Source of the DNA: Pseudobdellovibrionaceae bacterium | Lineage (GTDB): Bacteria > Bdellovibrionota > Bdellovibrionia > Bdellovibrionales > Bdellovibrionaceae | Direction of reading: 5' to 3' | Assembly (NCBI GenBank): GCA_039810425.1 | Contig: JBDHWW010000031.1 | Span: 1 to 36,167, forward strand | DNA: 36,167 bases | Shown here: positions 8,997 to 17,493 of the stretch, in pieces | Layout of the letters: every line of letters starts with the position of its first letter | How positions within the stretch are numbered: position 1 is the stretch's first letter | The notes under the pieces: model-generated | What the model saw: the letters and a program-made list of their open reading frames with translations, nothing else | The model's database searches: none | Told to the model about the DNA's origin: nothing | Made by a program: the position numbers and the translations under genes

Positions 8997-9050
8997 GAAA
9001 CTAAGACCAAGGCCCCGGAGAAGAGGCCCCAACCGTCCAGAGGAGAAGAC

Positions 9051-9425
9051 ATGAAACTCAATTATACCTTTAAGCACCTAGATCACTCAGATGCGCTGGT
9101 CACTTACACCGAAGAGAAGATGGAAGAGATCGGGAAGTTCTTGCTTAAAGAGGGCTACGGAAATGTCTATTTCAGCAAAATCAAAAATGAATTCTGTGTG
9201 GAGGTAACGGTAAACACCCGCGAAAAATATTTTAAAGCCACTTCGTACAATATGGACGCTTATACGGCGGTGGATTTGGTTGTGGAAAAACTAGAAAAAC
9301 AATTCCTAAAAACCCGCAAAATCATGCAGCACCATAAAAAACCTGAGCTCAGCCGCGAGGGCAAAATGGATCAGCTAAACTCTCGTTTAGAGTTCGAATC
9401 GAAGACTGCCAAAAAGGTGGGATAA
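9051..9425 (+). CDS. hpf: Ribosome hibernation promoting factor / ribosome-associated inhibitor (HPF/RaiA)
   Basis: GAGGAG RBS; 'MKLNYTFKHLDHSDALVTYTEEK' and 'DAYTAVDLVVEKLEKQ' fit the S30AE family; near rpoN. Confidence 0.88.
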   Translation: MKLNYTFKHLDHSDALVTYTEEKMEEIGKFLLKEGYGNVYFSKIKNEFCVEVTVNTREKYFKATSYNMDAYTAVDLVVEKLEKQFLKTRKIMQHHKKPELSREGKMDQLNSRLEFESKTAKKVG

Positions 9426-9451
9426 GTCTTTAAAAATAGAGCAAATCTTTG

Positions 9452-9483
9452 GAGCCCCCGGCCTTAAAAACCGGGGGCTTTTT
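9452..9483 (+). terminator. Intrinsic terminator after hpf
   Basis: AGCCCCCGG-CCTTAAAAA-CCGGGGGCT followed by a T run. Confidence 0.85.
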
Positions 9484-9484
9484 A

Positions 9485-9513
9485 TTGACCCCTACCTCGG
9501 TTTGCGTTAATTT
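9485..9513 (+). promoter_or_regulatory. Candidate sigma-70 promoter of metK
   Basis: TTGACC-N17-TAATTT immediately after the hpf terminator. Confidence 0.5.
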
Positions 9514-9601
9514 GCGCCGTTACAAGAAAAATCATAGAATCGTCAACACGGCGGCCAAAACAAAGACTGGTTACGCCGGCTTACCAAACGAGGACACGAA
9601 A

Positions 9602-10765
9602 TTGAAAAACTACCTTTTTACAAGTGAATCTGTTTCTGAAGGCCACCCGGATAAAATGGCGGATCAAATCAGTGACGGTATTTTGGATGCAATTCTATCT
9701 CAAGACCCTAAGGGCCGCGTCGCTTGTGAAACGATGCTCACCACGGGCTTGGTTGTTGTTGCGGGTGAGATCTCCACCGGGGCCAAAGTCAATTTCGCTG
9801 AAGTCGCTCGGAACGTTGTTAAACGCATCGGCTACGATGACACGGACAAAGGCTTTGACTACAAAACTTGTGGGGTGATGGTGGCGGTCGGCCAACAGAG
9901 CCCAGACATCGCTGTCGGCGTGAAAGAAACTCTGAGCGACGATCAAGGCGCCGGCGATCAGGGCTTGATGTTTGGCTACGCTGTGAATGAAACTCCGGAG
10001 TTGATGCCTCTTTCCATTGCGATGTCACACACACTCGTGCGTGAATTGGCGGCGTTGCGAAAAACAAACAAAGTCGACTGGCTCCGTCCGGATGCAAAGT
10101 CACAGGTCACGGTTCAGTATGAAAACGGTCTTGCAAAACGCATCGACACGATCGTTATTTCTACTCAGCACGCTGAGGACGTGAACAATGCAACGATCAA
10201 AGAATTCGTTTTAAATGAACTCATCAAAAAACACATCCCTTCAAAATGGATCGACAACAGTACGAAATTCCACGTGAACCCAACCGGCCGTTTCGTCACG
10301 GGCGGTCCTATGGGTGATGCCGGTTTGACGGGCCGTAAAATCATCGTTGATACTTATGGCGGTCATGGTGCTCATGGTGGAGGTGCCTTCTCCGGTAAAG
10401 ATCCTTCGAAAGTGGACCGTTCTGCCGCCTATGCGGCTCGCCATATCGCGAAGAACATCGTTGGCGCGGGCCTTGCCGATCGTTGCTTGATCCAAGTCGC
10501 ATATGCGATCGGAGTTGCCGAGCCAGTGAGCATCACTGTGAATGACTACGGCACTAGCAAAGTGGGCGCGGAAGTTTTGGAAAAAGCGGTCCGTAAAGTA
10601 TGGGATTTACGTCCAGCAAGAATCACGAAAGAGTTCGATCTCCTTCGCCCAATCTACAGCGCGACGTCCGCCTACGGACACTTCGGTCGTAACGAAGAAG
10701 GCTTCACTTGGGAAAAACTGAATAAAGTTGATCAACTCAAAGAAGCTGTAAAAGGTTTGGCTTAA
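9602..10765 (+). CDS. metK: S-adenosylmethionine synthetase
   Basis: '[13 protein letters not shown]', 'GAGDQG', '[16 protein letters not shown]'. Start taken as TTG 9602 with a GAGG RBS 8 nt upstream; the longer ORF runs through a terminator. Confidence 0.96.
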   Translation: MKNYLFTSESVSEGHPDKMADQISDGILDAILSQDPKGRVACETMLTTGLVVVAGEISTGAKVNFAEVARNVVKRIGYDDTDKGFDYKTCGVMVAVGQQSPDIAVGVKETLSDDQGAGDQGLMFGYAVNETPELMPLSIAMSHTLVRELAALRKTNKVDWLRPDAKSQVTVQYENGLAKRIDTIVISTQHAEDVNNATIKEFVLNELIKKHIPSKWIDNSTKFHVNPTGRFVTGGPMGDAGLTGRKIIVDTYGGHGAHGGGAFSGKDPSKVDRSAAYAARHIAKNIVGAGLADRCLIQVAYAIGVAEPVSITVNDYGTSKVGAEVLEKAVRKVWDLRPARITKEFDLLRPIYSATSAYGHFGRNEEGFTWEKLNKVDQLKEAVKGLA

Positions 10766-10816
10766 TCCCTCTCTTGAAGAAGGCGCTTCGACCCTCGCGG
10801 GCGGAACTGGAAATTA

Positions 10817-12616
10817 ATGGATCCCAAGTTTATTCGAAATTTTTCTATCATCGCCCACATCGACCATGGGAAGTCCACTCTTGCGGATGGACTGCTTCAG
10901 GCGACGGGCGCACTTTCTGACCGTGAAAAGAAAGATCAGTTCCTGGATAACATGGAACTCGAGCGCGAACGCGGGATCACCATCAAAGCTCAGACGGTGT
11001 GCCTGAAGTTCAAGTCCAAAGACGGTAACACGTATCAGATCAATTTGATCGACACTCCGGGGCACGTGGATTTCTCTTACGAGGTCTCTCGGTCGCTTGC
11101 AGCTTGCGAAGGTGCGATCCTTGTGGTTGATGCCGCTCAAGGCGTTGAAGCACAGACCCTCGCGAACGTCTATCTTGCGATCGAAAATGATCTGGAAATC
11201 ATTCCGGTATTGAATAAAATCGATCTTCCTTCCGCAGATCCGGAAGGAGTCACAAAGCAAATCGAAGACACTGTTGGTTTGGATTGCACAGGTATCATTC
11301 ACGCTTCTGCGAAAGAGAAAATCGGTATCACCGATATCCTTGAGTCGATCGTCGCAAAAGTTCCGCCTCCGGATGCCGATCGCAGTAAAACGCCACGTGC
11401 GTTGATCTTCGACTCTTGGTTCGACGCCTACCAAGGGGTTGTTGTCCTGGTGCGTATGATGGACGGCGTGATTAAAAAAGGCGATCGCATTAAGTTCATG
11501 GCCACAGATCGCGACTATGAAGTTTTGCGTATGGGTAAATACACGCCGTTCCCGGACATGCTCGACGTGCTTGAGGCCGGCGAGGTGGGCTTCGTCATCT
11601 GTGGTATTAAAGATATCCGCGATGTAAAGGTCGGTGACACCGTGACTGCGGCAAAGCACGGCGCGACGGAGCCGCTTCCTGGTTTCCAGAAAATCAAGCC
11701 GATGGTTTTTGCGGGGATTTTCCCCATTGTGGCTTCCGAATACGAAAGCTTGCGCGATGCTTTGGATAAGCTGTGCTTAAATGACTCCTCTTTGACTTTC
11801 GAAGTGGAAAAGTCCATGGCCTTGGGCTTTGGCTACCGCTGCGGCTTCTTGGGCCTTCTTCATATGGAGATCGTGCAAGAGCGTTTGGAGCGTGAGTTCA
11901 ATTTGGATCTGATTACAACGGCGCCGACGGTTGTGTACAGAATCACAAAAACCGACGGCACGATGATGATGCTCGAGAATCCATCGCAAATGCCGGCGGA
12001 AACAGCGATTGCGAAGTTTGAAGAGCCCTTTGTGAAAGTGACCATCCATACTCCGACGGAATATATCGGCGGCATTCTCAAGCTTTGTGAAGATAAACGT
12101 GGCATTCAGCAAAAAATGGACTACGTGAATGAAACCAAAGTCATCATCGAGTACAAGCTGCCGATGAATGAAATGGTGATGGATTTCTACGACCGCTTGA
12201 AGTCGATCTCTAAGGGCTATGCGTCCTTAGAGTATGAATTCATGGATTTCGAAGAGGCCGACCTTGTGAAAATGGATATTTTGATCAACGGCGAGCCGAT
12301 TGACGCGCTTTCCCTGATTATTCATCGTTCAAAAGCGATCACTCGTGGCCGTGCTTTGACGGAAAAGATGAAGGAATTGATCCCACGACAGCAATACCAA
12401 GTGGCTATTCAGGCGGCGATCGGTGCCAAGATCGTCGCTCGTGAGACCCTCGGGGCCCTCAGAAAAGACGTGACGGCGAAGTGTTATGGTGGTGATATTT
12501 CCCGTAAGCGTAAGCTTCTAGAGAAACAAAAAGAAGGCAAGAAGCGCATGAAGCAGATCGGAACTGTTGATGTGCCTCAGGAAGCCTTCTTGGCCATTTT
12601 GAAGGTTGAGGATTAG
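10817..12616 (+). CDS. lepA: Translation elongation factor 4 (LepA)
   Basis: '[19 protein letters not shown]', 'ERERGITIK', '[25 protein letters not shown]'. Confidence 0.98.
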   Translation: MDPKFIRNFSIIAHIDHGKSTLADGLLQATGALSDREKKDQFLDNMELERERGITIKAQTVCLKFKSKDGNTYQINLIDTPGHVDFSYEVSRSLAACEGAILVVDAAQGVEAQTLANVYLAIENDLEIIPVLNKIDLPSADPEGVTKQIEDTVGLDCTGIIHASAKEKIGITDILESIVAKVPPPDADRSKTPRALIFDSWFDAYQGVVVLVRMMDGVIKKGDRIKFMATDRDYEVLRMGKYTPFPDMLDVLEAGEVGFVICGIKDIRDVKVGDTVTAAKHGATEPLPGFQKIKPMVFAGIFPIVASEYESLRDALDKLCLNDSSLTFEVEKSMALGFGYRCGFLGLLHMEIVQERLEREFNLDLITTAPTVVYRITKTDGTMMMLENPSQMPAETAIAKFEEPFVKVTIHTPTEYIGGILKLCEDKRGIQQKMDYVNETKVIIEYKLPMNEMVMDFYDRLKSISKGYASLEYEFMDFEEADLVKMDILINGEPIDALSLIIHRSKAITRGRALTEKMKELIPRQQYQVAIQAAIGAKIVARETLGALRKDVTAKCYGGDISRKRKLLEKQKEGKKRMKQIGTVDVPQEAFLAILKVED

Positions 12617-12619
12617 ATC

Positions 12620-13387
12620 ATGAGCGGCGAGAATAAAGGCAGCTGGAATTTTCGTACTAAGCACTTTTGGACTGATGGATGGGGCTCGCTCTTTTTGGCC
12701 GTTTTCATTGCTCTATTCATCCGTTGGGGCTTTATCGAAGCTTACGTGATTCCATCCGGTTCGATGTTACCATCTTTGTTGATTCACGATCACATCTTCG
12801 TGAACAAGCTCGTTTACGGCATTCGCGTTCCTTTCAGTGAAAACTGGTTGGTGAAGTTTGGCGAGCCCAAACGCGGCGAAGTGATCGTCTTCAAATACCC
12901 TAAAGACATGAGCACCTTCTTCATCAAACGTGTGGTCGGAGAGCCTGGCGATAAGATCTATTATGAAAACGGGACTCTATTCATCAACGACAAGCCGCAA
13001 GAGAAGAAAGTACCAGTCAGCCAAGATGATTTCAACTGGCTCCGCGATGCAGACTTCCAGCGCGACGGCAACCTCGGCGATGACAAGAATAACTATGTTT
13101 TCTTCACAGAAGCCCTTGGCTCGAAAGACCACAGTGTGCTTCTTCGTCGTGGCGACGTGTATGAAAGCTATGGTCCCGTGACGGTGCCTGAGGGTCAGTT
13201 GTTTGTAATGGGCGACAACCGTAATAATTCAGCCGACAGCCGCGTCTGGGGCTTCTTGCCTGAACAAAACATCCTTGGGCGTGCGATGTTTATTTGGCTG
13301 AGCTGCGAAGAGACCATTCCGATGGTGCCGGTCCTTTGCAACCCTCTGACAATTCGTTGGGGACGTTTCTTCCACTCTGTGAACTAG
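12620..13387 (+). CDS. lepB: Signal peptidase I (copy 1)
   Basis: 'IPSGSMLPSL' (catalytic Ser), 'FIKRVVG' (Lys), 'MGDNRNNSADSR'; follows lepA. Confidence 0.93.
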   Translation: MSGENKGSWNFRTKHFWTDGWGSLFLAVFIALFIRWGFIEAYVIPSGSMLPSLLIHDHIFVNKLVYGIRVPFSENWLVKFGEPKRGEVIVFKYPKDMSTFFIKRVVGEPGDKIYYENGTLFINDKPQEKKVPVSQDDFNWLRDADFQRDGNLGDDKNNYVFFTEALGSKDHSVLLRRGDVYESYGPVTVPEGQLFVMGDNRNNSADSRVWGFLPEQNILGRAMFIWLSCEETIPMVPVLCNPLTIRWGRFFHSVN

Positions 13388-13411
13388 TCGCAATAGCAAG
13401 TCGAGTGAACC

Positions 13412-14113
13412 ATGGATCAAGCAAAGAAAAGTCTTAAAGGAACTTGGCCTCAGGCCATCGGGACTTTTCTTTTGCCGCTGCTTATTGTTTTCGGTATTCG
13501 CTGGATTATTATTGAGCCGTTTGTAATCCCGTCGGGAAGCATGATTCCCAATCTGCTGATCCACGATCATATCTTTGTTAAAAAATACTCTTTAGGCTTT
13601 AAGATCCCATTTTCTGACTATTGGCTCGCACGGTGGCGCACGCCGCAACGAGGAGAGGTCCTGGTCTTTCGCTATCCGGAAAATCCGGATGTCTTCTATA
13701 TCAAGCGCTTGATCGGCCTGCCTGGAGATACTGTCATCGTGCAAGGGAGTGGGAAAATCACCGTGAATGGTGAAGAGTGGGCGCTCCAAGAGCATGCTCC
13801 ACTTGATGATGACGGCTTCAAATACTATGTCGAGTCTGTCGGCGAACAAAAACATGTCGTGCGGTTCTATGGCCCACCTACAGCAAGTAGCGAAAGCAAA
13901 GAGTATAAAGTTCCGGAACATGAGTATTTCTTTATGGGCGACAACCGCGATCAGTCGAGTGACGGTCGCGTCTGGGGCTTTGTTCCCGAGAAGTACCTCG
14001 TAGGTCCAGCTTCTGTGATCTGGATGAGCTGCGAGAACACCCTCACTTCCGTCTCATATATTTGTGACCCAAGACAAATTCGCTGGCAAAGACTATTTAA
14101 ATCAGTACAATAG
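13412..14113 (+). CDS. lepB: Signal peptidase I (copy 2)
   Basis: 'IPSGSMIPNL', 'YIKRLIG', 'MGDNRDQSSDGR'. Confidence 0.92.
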   Translation: MDQAKKSLKGTWPQAIGTFLLPLLIVFGIRWIIIEPFVIPSGSMIPNLLIHDHIFVKKYSLGFKIPFSDYWLARWRTPQRGEVLVFRYPENPDVFYIKRLIGLPGDTVIVQGSGKITVNGEEWALQEHAPLDDDGFKYYVESVGEQKHVVRFYGPPTASSESKEYKVPEHEYFFMGDNRDQSSDGRVWGFVPEKYLVGPASVIWMSCENTLTSVSYICDPRQIRWQRLFKSVQ

Positions 14114-14117
14114 TCCC

Positions 14118-14804
14118 ATGTTGAGCGGTCAATGGAAGGACTACCTCGTAACAATTCTGATTTCGGTTTTGCTGGCACTTTTTGTCAGAAGCTTCATCAT
14201 GACCGCTTACAAAGTGCCGACGGGCTCCATGCAGCCGACCCTTAAAGCGGGCGATTTTATTTTTTCCTACCGTCTTGCCTATGGTTTTCATTTCCCCTGG
14301 ATGAACTCCCCCTTGAATGAAAAGGTGCCCGAAAGGGGTGACTTGGTGGTATTTTCCTATCCTAACCAGCCGGATACAAGCTACGTGAAGCGAGTGATCG
14401 GTCTGCCTGGAGATAAAATCCAAATCACGGGTGGAAAGCTCGTGATCAACGAAACCCCGCTAGACTATGAGATCGAGACACCGGCGCATCCGGAAGACAA
14501 CCCGAACCCAGAGGCGTTTGATATCTATGTTGAGCGTGATCTGGGCACTTTCCGCCGGGTGATTTTCCAAAGAAATCGTGAAGAGCAGAATTTTGGTCCC
14601 TTGGTAGTTCCTCCAGGAGAAATCTTTCTTTTGGGTGACAACCGAGATGCGAGTGATGATTCCCGCTACTGGGGCACTGTGCCAACCGGTCAAATTTTTG
14701 GCAAAGTCCTCTTTGTTTGGCTTTCTTTAGACTGGCAAAAACGTTGGGGGGGGGATCGCTATCCGAGCGTCCGCTGGCAACGTGTTTTTTCTGGCGTGCA
14801 TTAG
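14118..14804 (+). CDS. lepB: Signal peptidase I (copy 3)
   Basis: 'VPTGSMQPTL', 'YVKRVIG', 'LGDNRDASDDSR'; start moved to ATG 14118, after the copy-2 stop. Confidence 0.9.
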   Translation: MLSGQWKDYLVTILISVLLALFVRSFIMTAYKVPTGSMQPTLKAGDFIFSYRLAYGFHFPWMNSPLNEKVPERGDLVVFSYPNQPDTSYVKRVIGLPGDKIQITGGKLVINETPLDYEIETPAHPEDNPNPEAFDIYVERDLGTFRRVIFQRNREEQNFGPLVVPPGEIFLLGDNRDASDDSRYWGTVPTGQIFGKVLFVWLSLDWQKRWGGDRYPSVRWQRVFSGVH

Positions 14805-14815
14805 TCGCGCGGCCA

Positions 14816-14845
14816 TTGACACACTCTAGGCCCAGCCAATATTCT
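14816..14845 (+). promoter_or_regulatory. Candidate sigma-70 promoter of pyrB-carA-carB
   Basis: TTGACA-N18-TATTCT ending 10 nt before the pyrB ATG. Confidence 0.5.
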
Positions 14846-14855
14846 CTTATCTCAG

Positions 14856-15758
14856 ATGTCTTATCCTTCCTCGGCACTGATTGAAATTTCAAATCTAGAT
14901 TTTCCAAAAATTGAGTCTATTTTTCTCTCGGCCTTGGAGTTTTCCAAGCACCCGGGCTCCCAAAAGTTCGCCGCGAAAACCGCGGCGTTGTTATTTTTTG
15001 AGCCCAGCACCCGCACGCGTTTCAGTTTCGAAGCCGCCGCGGGACGTTTAGGGGTGCACCCCTTGTTGTTAGACGGCGCTGCGGGCACAAGTTTGGAAAA
15101 AGGTGAAAGTATTGAGGACACAGTTCTCAATATCGCCGCGATGGAGCCCTCCGTGGTTGTCATGCGTTGCGGGGATGAAGTTGATCTCCATGGGCTGCAA
15201 AAGAAAATCAAAATGCCGATTTTGAATGCGGGCTGGGGTAAAAAGGGGCATCCCACTCAAGCTTTGTTGGACGCAATGACGATGAAAGCAAACCGGCGTG
15301 ATTTAGCGAAAGAAAAATTACTCGTTATCGGCGACGTTAAACACAGTCGTGTGATCGGTTCGCATTTTCAGCTCGCGAAGATTCTCGGGTATGAGATCGC
15401 GGTCTGCGGGCCGAAAGAGTTTTTACCTGACGGTTATCAAGGCAGATATTTTTCTCGCTTGGCAGAAGGGCTTTCGTGGGCCACATCCGTCATGGCCTTA
15501 AGAGTTCAGCACGAGCGTCACGCAGAGAAATTTTCAGTCACGAGCTATCGTGAACAATACGGTTTGAATTTGCAAAAGTTAAAATCTTGGAAATCCGACG
15601 GTTTGGTGATGCATCCGGGGCCGGTCAACTACGGAGTGGAGTTGGATCTCGACGTGAATCAGGATCCCCGCTGTCAGATTCTTGAGCAGGTGAAGTGGGG
15701 CACTTATGTGCGTCAGGCGTTGCTTGCAGATGTTTTGTCCCAGAAGGCGGTGTCATGA
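14856..15758 (+). CDS. pyrB: Aspartate carbamoyltransferase catalytic subunit
   Basis: 'FFEPSTRTRFSF', 'HPTQALLD', 'GDVKHSRV', 'LRVQHER', 'MHPGP'. Confidence 0.94.
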   Translation: MSYPSSALIEISNLDFPKIESIFLSALEFSKHPGSQKFAAKTAALLFFEPSTRTRFSFEAAAGRLGVHPLLLDGAAGTSLEKGESIEDTVLNIAAMEPSVVVMRCGDEVDLHGLQKKIKMPILNAGWGKKGHPTQALLDAMTMKANRRDLAKEKLLVIGDVKHSRVIGSHFQLAKILGYEIAVCGPKEFLPDGYQGRYFSRLAEGLSWATSVMALRVQHERHAEKFSVTSYREQYGLNLQKLKSWKSDGLVMHPGPVNYGVELDLDVNQDPRCQILEQVKWGTYVRQALLADVLSQKAVS

Positions 15759-16822
15759 AAAAAGCTTTTCTCGTTTTAGAAACCGGCGAAGTTTATTTTG
15801 GAAAATGGCACGGCGGTGAAGACCGCGCGGGTGAGGTCGTTTTTAACACCTCACATGCGGGCTATGAGGAGATCGCCACCGATCCATCTTACTTTAGCCA
15901 AATCGTAGTGATGACAGCTCCCATGATGGGGAACTACGGTGTCGATAGCCAAGTTTGGGAATCCGGCAAGTTGTGGATCGAAGGATTTATCGCTCTTCAG
16001 CTTCAAGAATCGGGTCGTGATAAAACTTGGATTCAGCGTCTGCATGAAAGTGGAATTCCAGCGGTTTCTGAGCTTGATACCCGCGAACTCGTTCTGCGCC
16101 TTCGTTCTGGCGGGACCCCTTGGGGAGCCCTCGTTCAGGCCGAAACTGAAGCCGATGCGAAGAATAAGGCAGCGACTTTAATTGCTGAAAAGAAAAAACT
16201 CGATAAAGACTGGGTTTATCTCGCGAGCCGTAGAACCAAGGAAACCCGCCGTGGCGATTTCTTGGGCGGACCAAAGGTGGCTGTGCTGGATTTTGGCTCT
16301 AAAGAGAATATTTTGCGTGAATTGCAAAAATACTGTTCGGAACTTACGATTTACCCAAGCCGCGCGACCACACGGGAAGTTCTCTCGGCCAATCCTGATT
16401 TTGTGATGTTGACAAATGGTCCAGGCGATCCTGCGGACGTTCAAGTGGCGCCACAGACCATTCGTGATTTAATCGGCCAAAAGCCGGTTTTTGGAATTTG
16501 CATGGGTCATCAGGTTTTGTCGCTCGCTCTGGGGGCCAAGACCTATAAATTGAAGTTTGGTCACCGCGGGGCCAACCATCCAATTAAGGATGACCTTCTG
16601 GGGCAGATCTACATGACGAGCCAAAACCACGGTTATGCCGTGGATCCGAAAACTTTGCCGGTTGAGGCCCGCGTCACCCAGATAAATTTGAATGATGGAA
16701 CGGTGGCGGGATTCTATAATCCTGAGAAGAAGTATCTGGGAATTCAGTACCATCCCGAAGCATGTCCCGGGCCTCACGAGGCCAAGAACTTGTTTAAGTT
16801 TTTTATAGAGAAAGTTTTATGA
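15755..16822 (+). CDS. carA: Carbamoyl-phosphate synthase small subunit
   Basis: 'GEVVFNTSHAGYEE', 'TDPSY', 'NGPGDP', 'GICMGHQ', 'QYHPE'; ATGA overlap with the pyrB stop. Confidence 0.95.
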   Translation: MKKAFLVLETGEVYFGKWHGGEDRAGEVVFNTSHAGYEEIATDPSYFSQIVVMTAPMMGNYGVDSQVWESGKLWIEGFIALQLQESGRDKTWIQRLHESGIPAVSELDTRELVLRLRSGGTPWGALVQAETEADAKNKAATLIAEKKKLDKDWVYLASRRTKETRRGDFLGGPKVAVLDFGSKENILRELQKYCSELTIYPSRATTREVLSANPDFVMLTNGPGDPADVQVAPQTIRDLIGQKPVFGICMGHQVLSLALGAKTYKLKFGHRGANHPIKDDLLGQIYMTSQNHGYAVDPKTLPVEARVTQINLNDGTVAGFYNPEKKYLGIQYHPEACPGPHEAKNLFKFFIEKVL

Positions 16823-17466
16823 ACGAGTACGAAAAACTCATAGAAAAAATCCTCAACCACTTTGCTGGGGACCTGTTCAAAATCGAATTGGCGCGTGCCA
16901 AAAAGGAATTCTTTGAAAACTCCGGCACCTTGGATGAGCATTCGGAGTATTATGAACTGCGCATGTCGCAATTCTATGACTGGTATTTCTTTACTCGAGA
17001 GCTCAGCGGCTATGGACAAACTCCCTTAGACGCTTGTATGCTCGAGCGTGAATTGCGTTTTTCTCCGCAGGAGTTGCAGCAATTAGAGATTTTGAAACAA
17101 AACCGCCATTCTATTTTTGAATTTATCAAGATCAAGGGCAGCGACGTTTACATCAAAGATCTTTTGGCGAATAAGAAGCTTGTTGTGAAATCCTCTCCAT
17201 GGATTTTTGGATTTGCCGAAGAAGAGCTTTTTGAAGCCCGTTTGATTCCGCACGGGGAGACCTTTATGTTCACCCGTGGATTTTGCTTTCATCCGGAACT
17301 GGCGAAAAAATTCATTCTGGAAGAAGTGAAACGTCACCGCAAAGATCCTGATTTAGATCCCGACGTGATGATGCTTCGCCTGATTAAAATGCGTTTTAAA
17401 TACGAGCAGTACAGACACGTGAACCCGGAGATGATTTACACCAACGACGGAAAGCTGGGTTTGTAA
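16819..17466 (+). CDS. Hypothetical protein between carA and carB
   Basis: 215-aa ORF with an ATGA overlap on the carA stop; fills the carA-carB gap. Confidence 0.8.
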   Translation: MNEYEKLIEKILNHFAGDLFKIELARAKKEFFENSGTLDEHSEYYELRMSQFYDWYFFTRELSGYGQTPLDACMLERELRFSPQELQQLEILKQNRHSIFEFIKIKGSDVYIKDLLANKKLVVKSSPWIFGFAEEELFEARLIPHGETFMFTRGFCFHPELAKKFILEEVKRHRKDPDLDPDVMMLRLIKMRFKYEQYRHVNPEMIYTNDGKLGL

Positions 17467-17493
17467 AGCTCGCAAGCACTATAGGAGTCTTCC

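Noticed and set aside
8725..9050. Possible CRISPR array, REP/MITE or sRNA in the 326-bp gap
   Set aside because: The repeats are only 15 bp, degenerate and irregular, with no cas genes, terminal inverted repeats or terminated RNA structure; better explained as promoter and operator DNA.
9449..9601. 51-aa N-terminal extension of MetK in the ORF track
   Set aside because: Runs through the hpf terminator and the predicted promoter; MetK similarity and an RBS begin at TTG 9602.
10814..11659. 281-aa antisense ORF over lepA, and similar shadow ORFs such as 455-1006, 2559-3275, 4287-4781 and 29099-29599
   Set aside because: They lie opposite well-supported genes, show no recognisable motifs, and are the expected result of codon bias on the sense strand.
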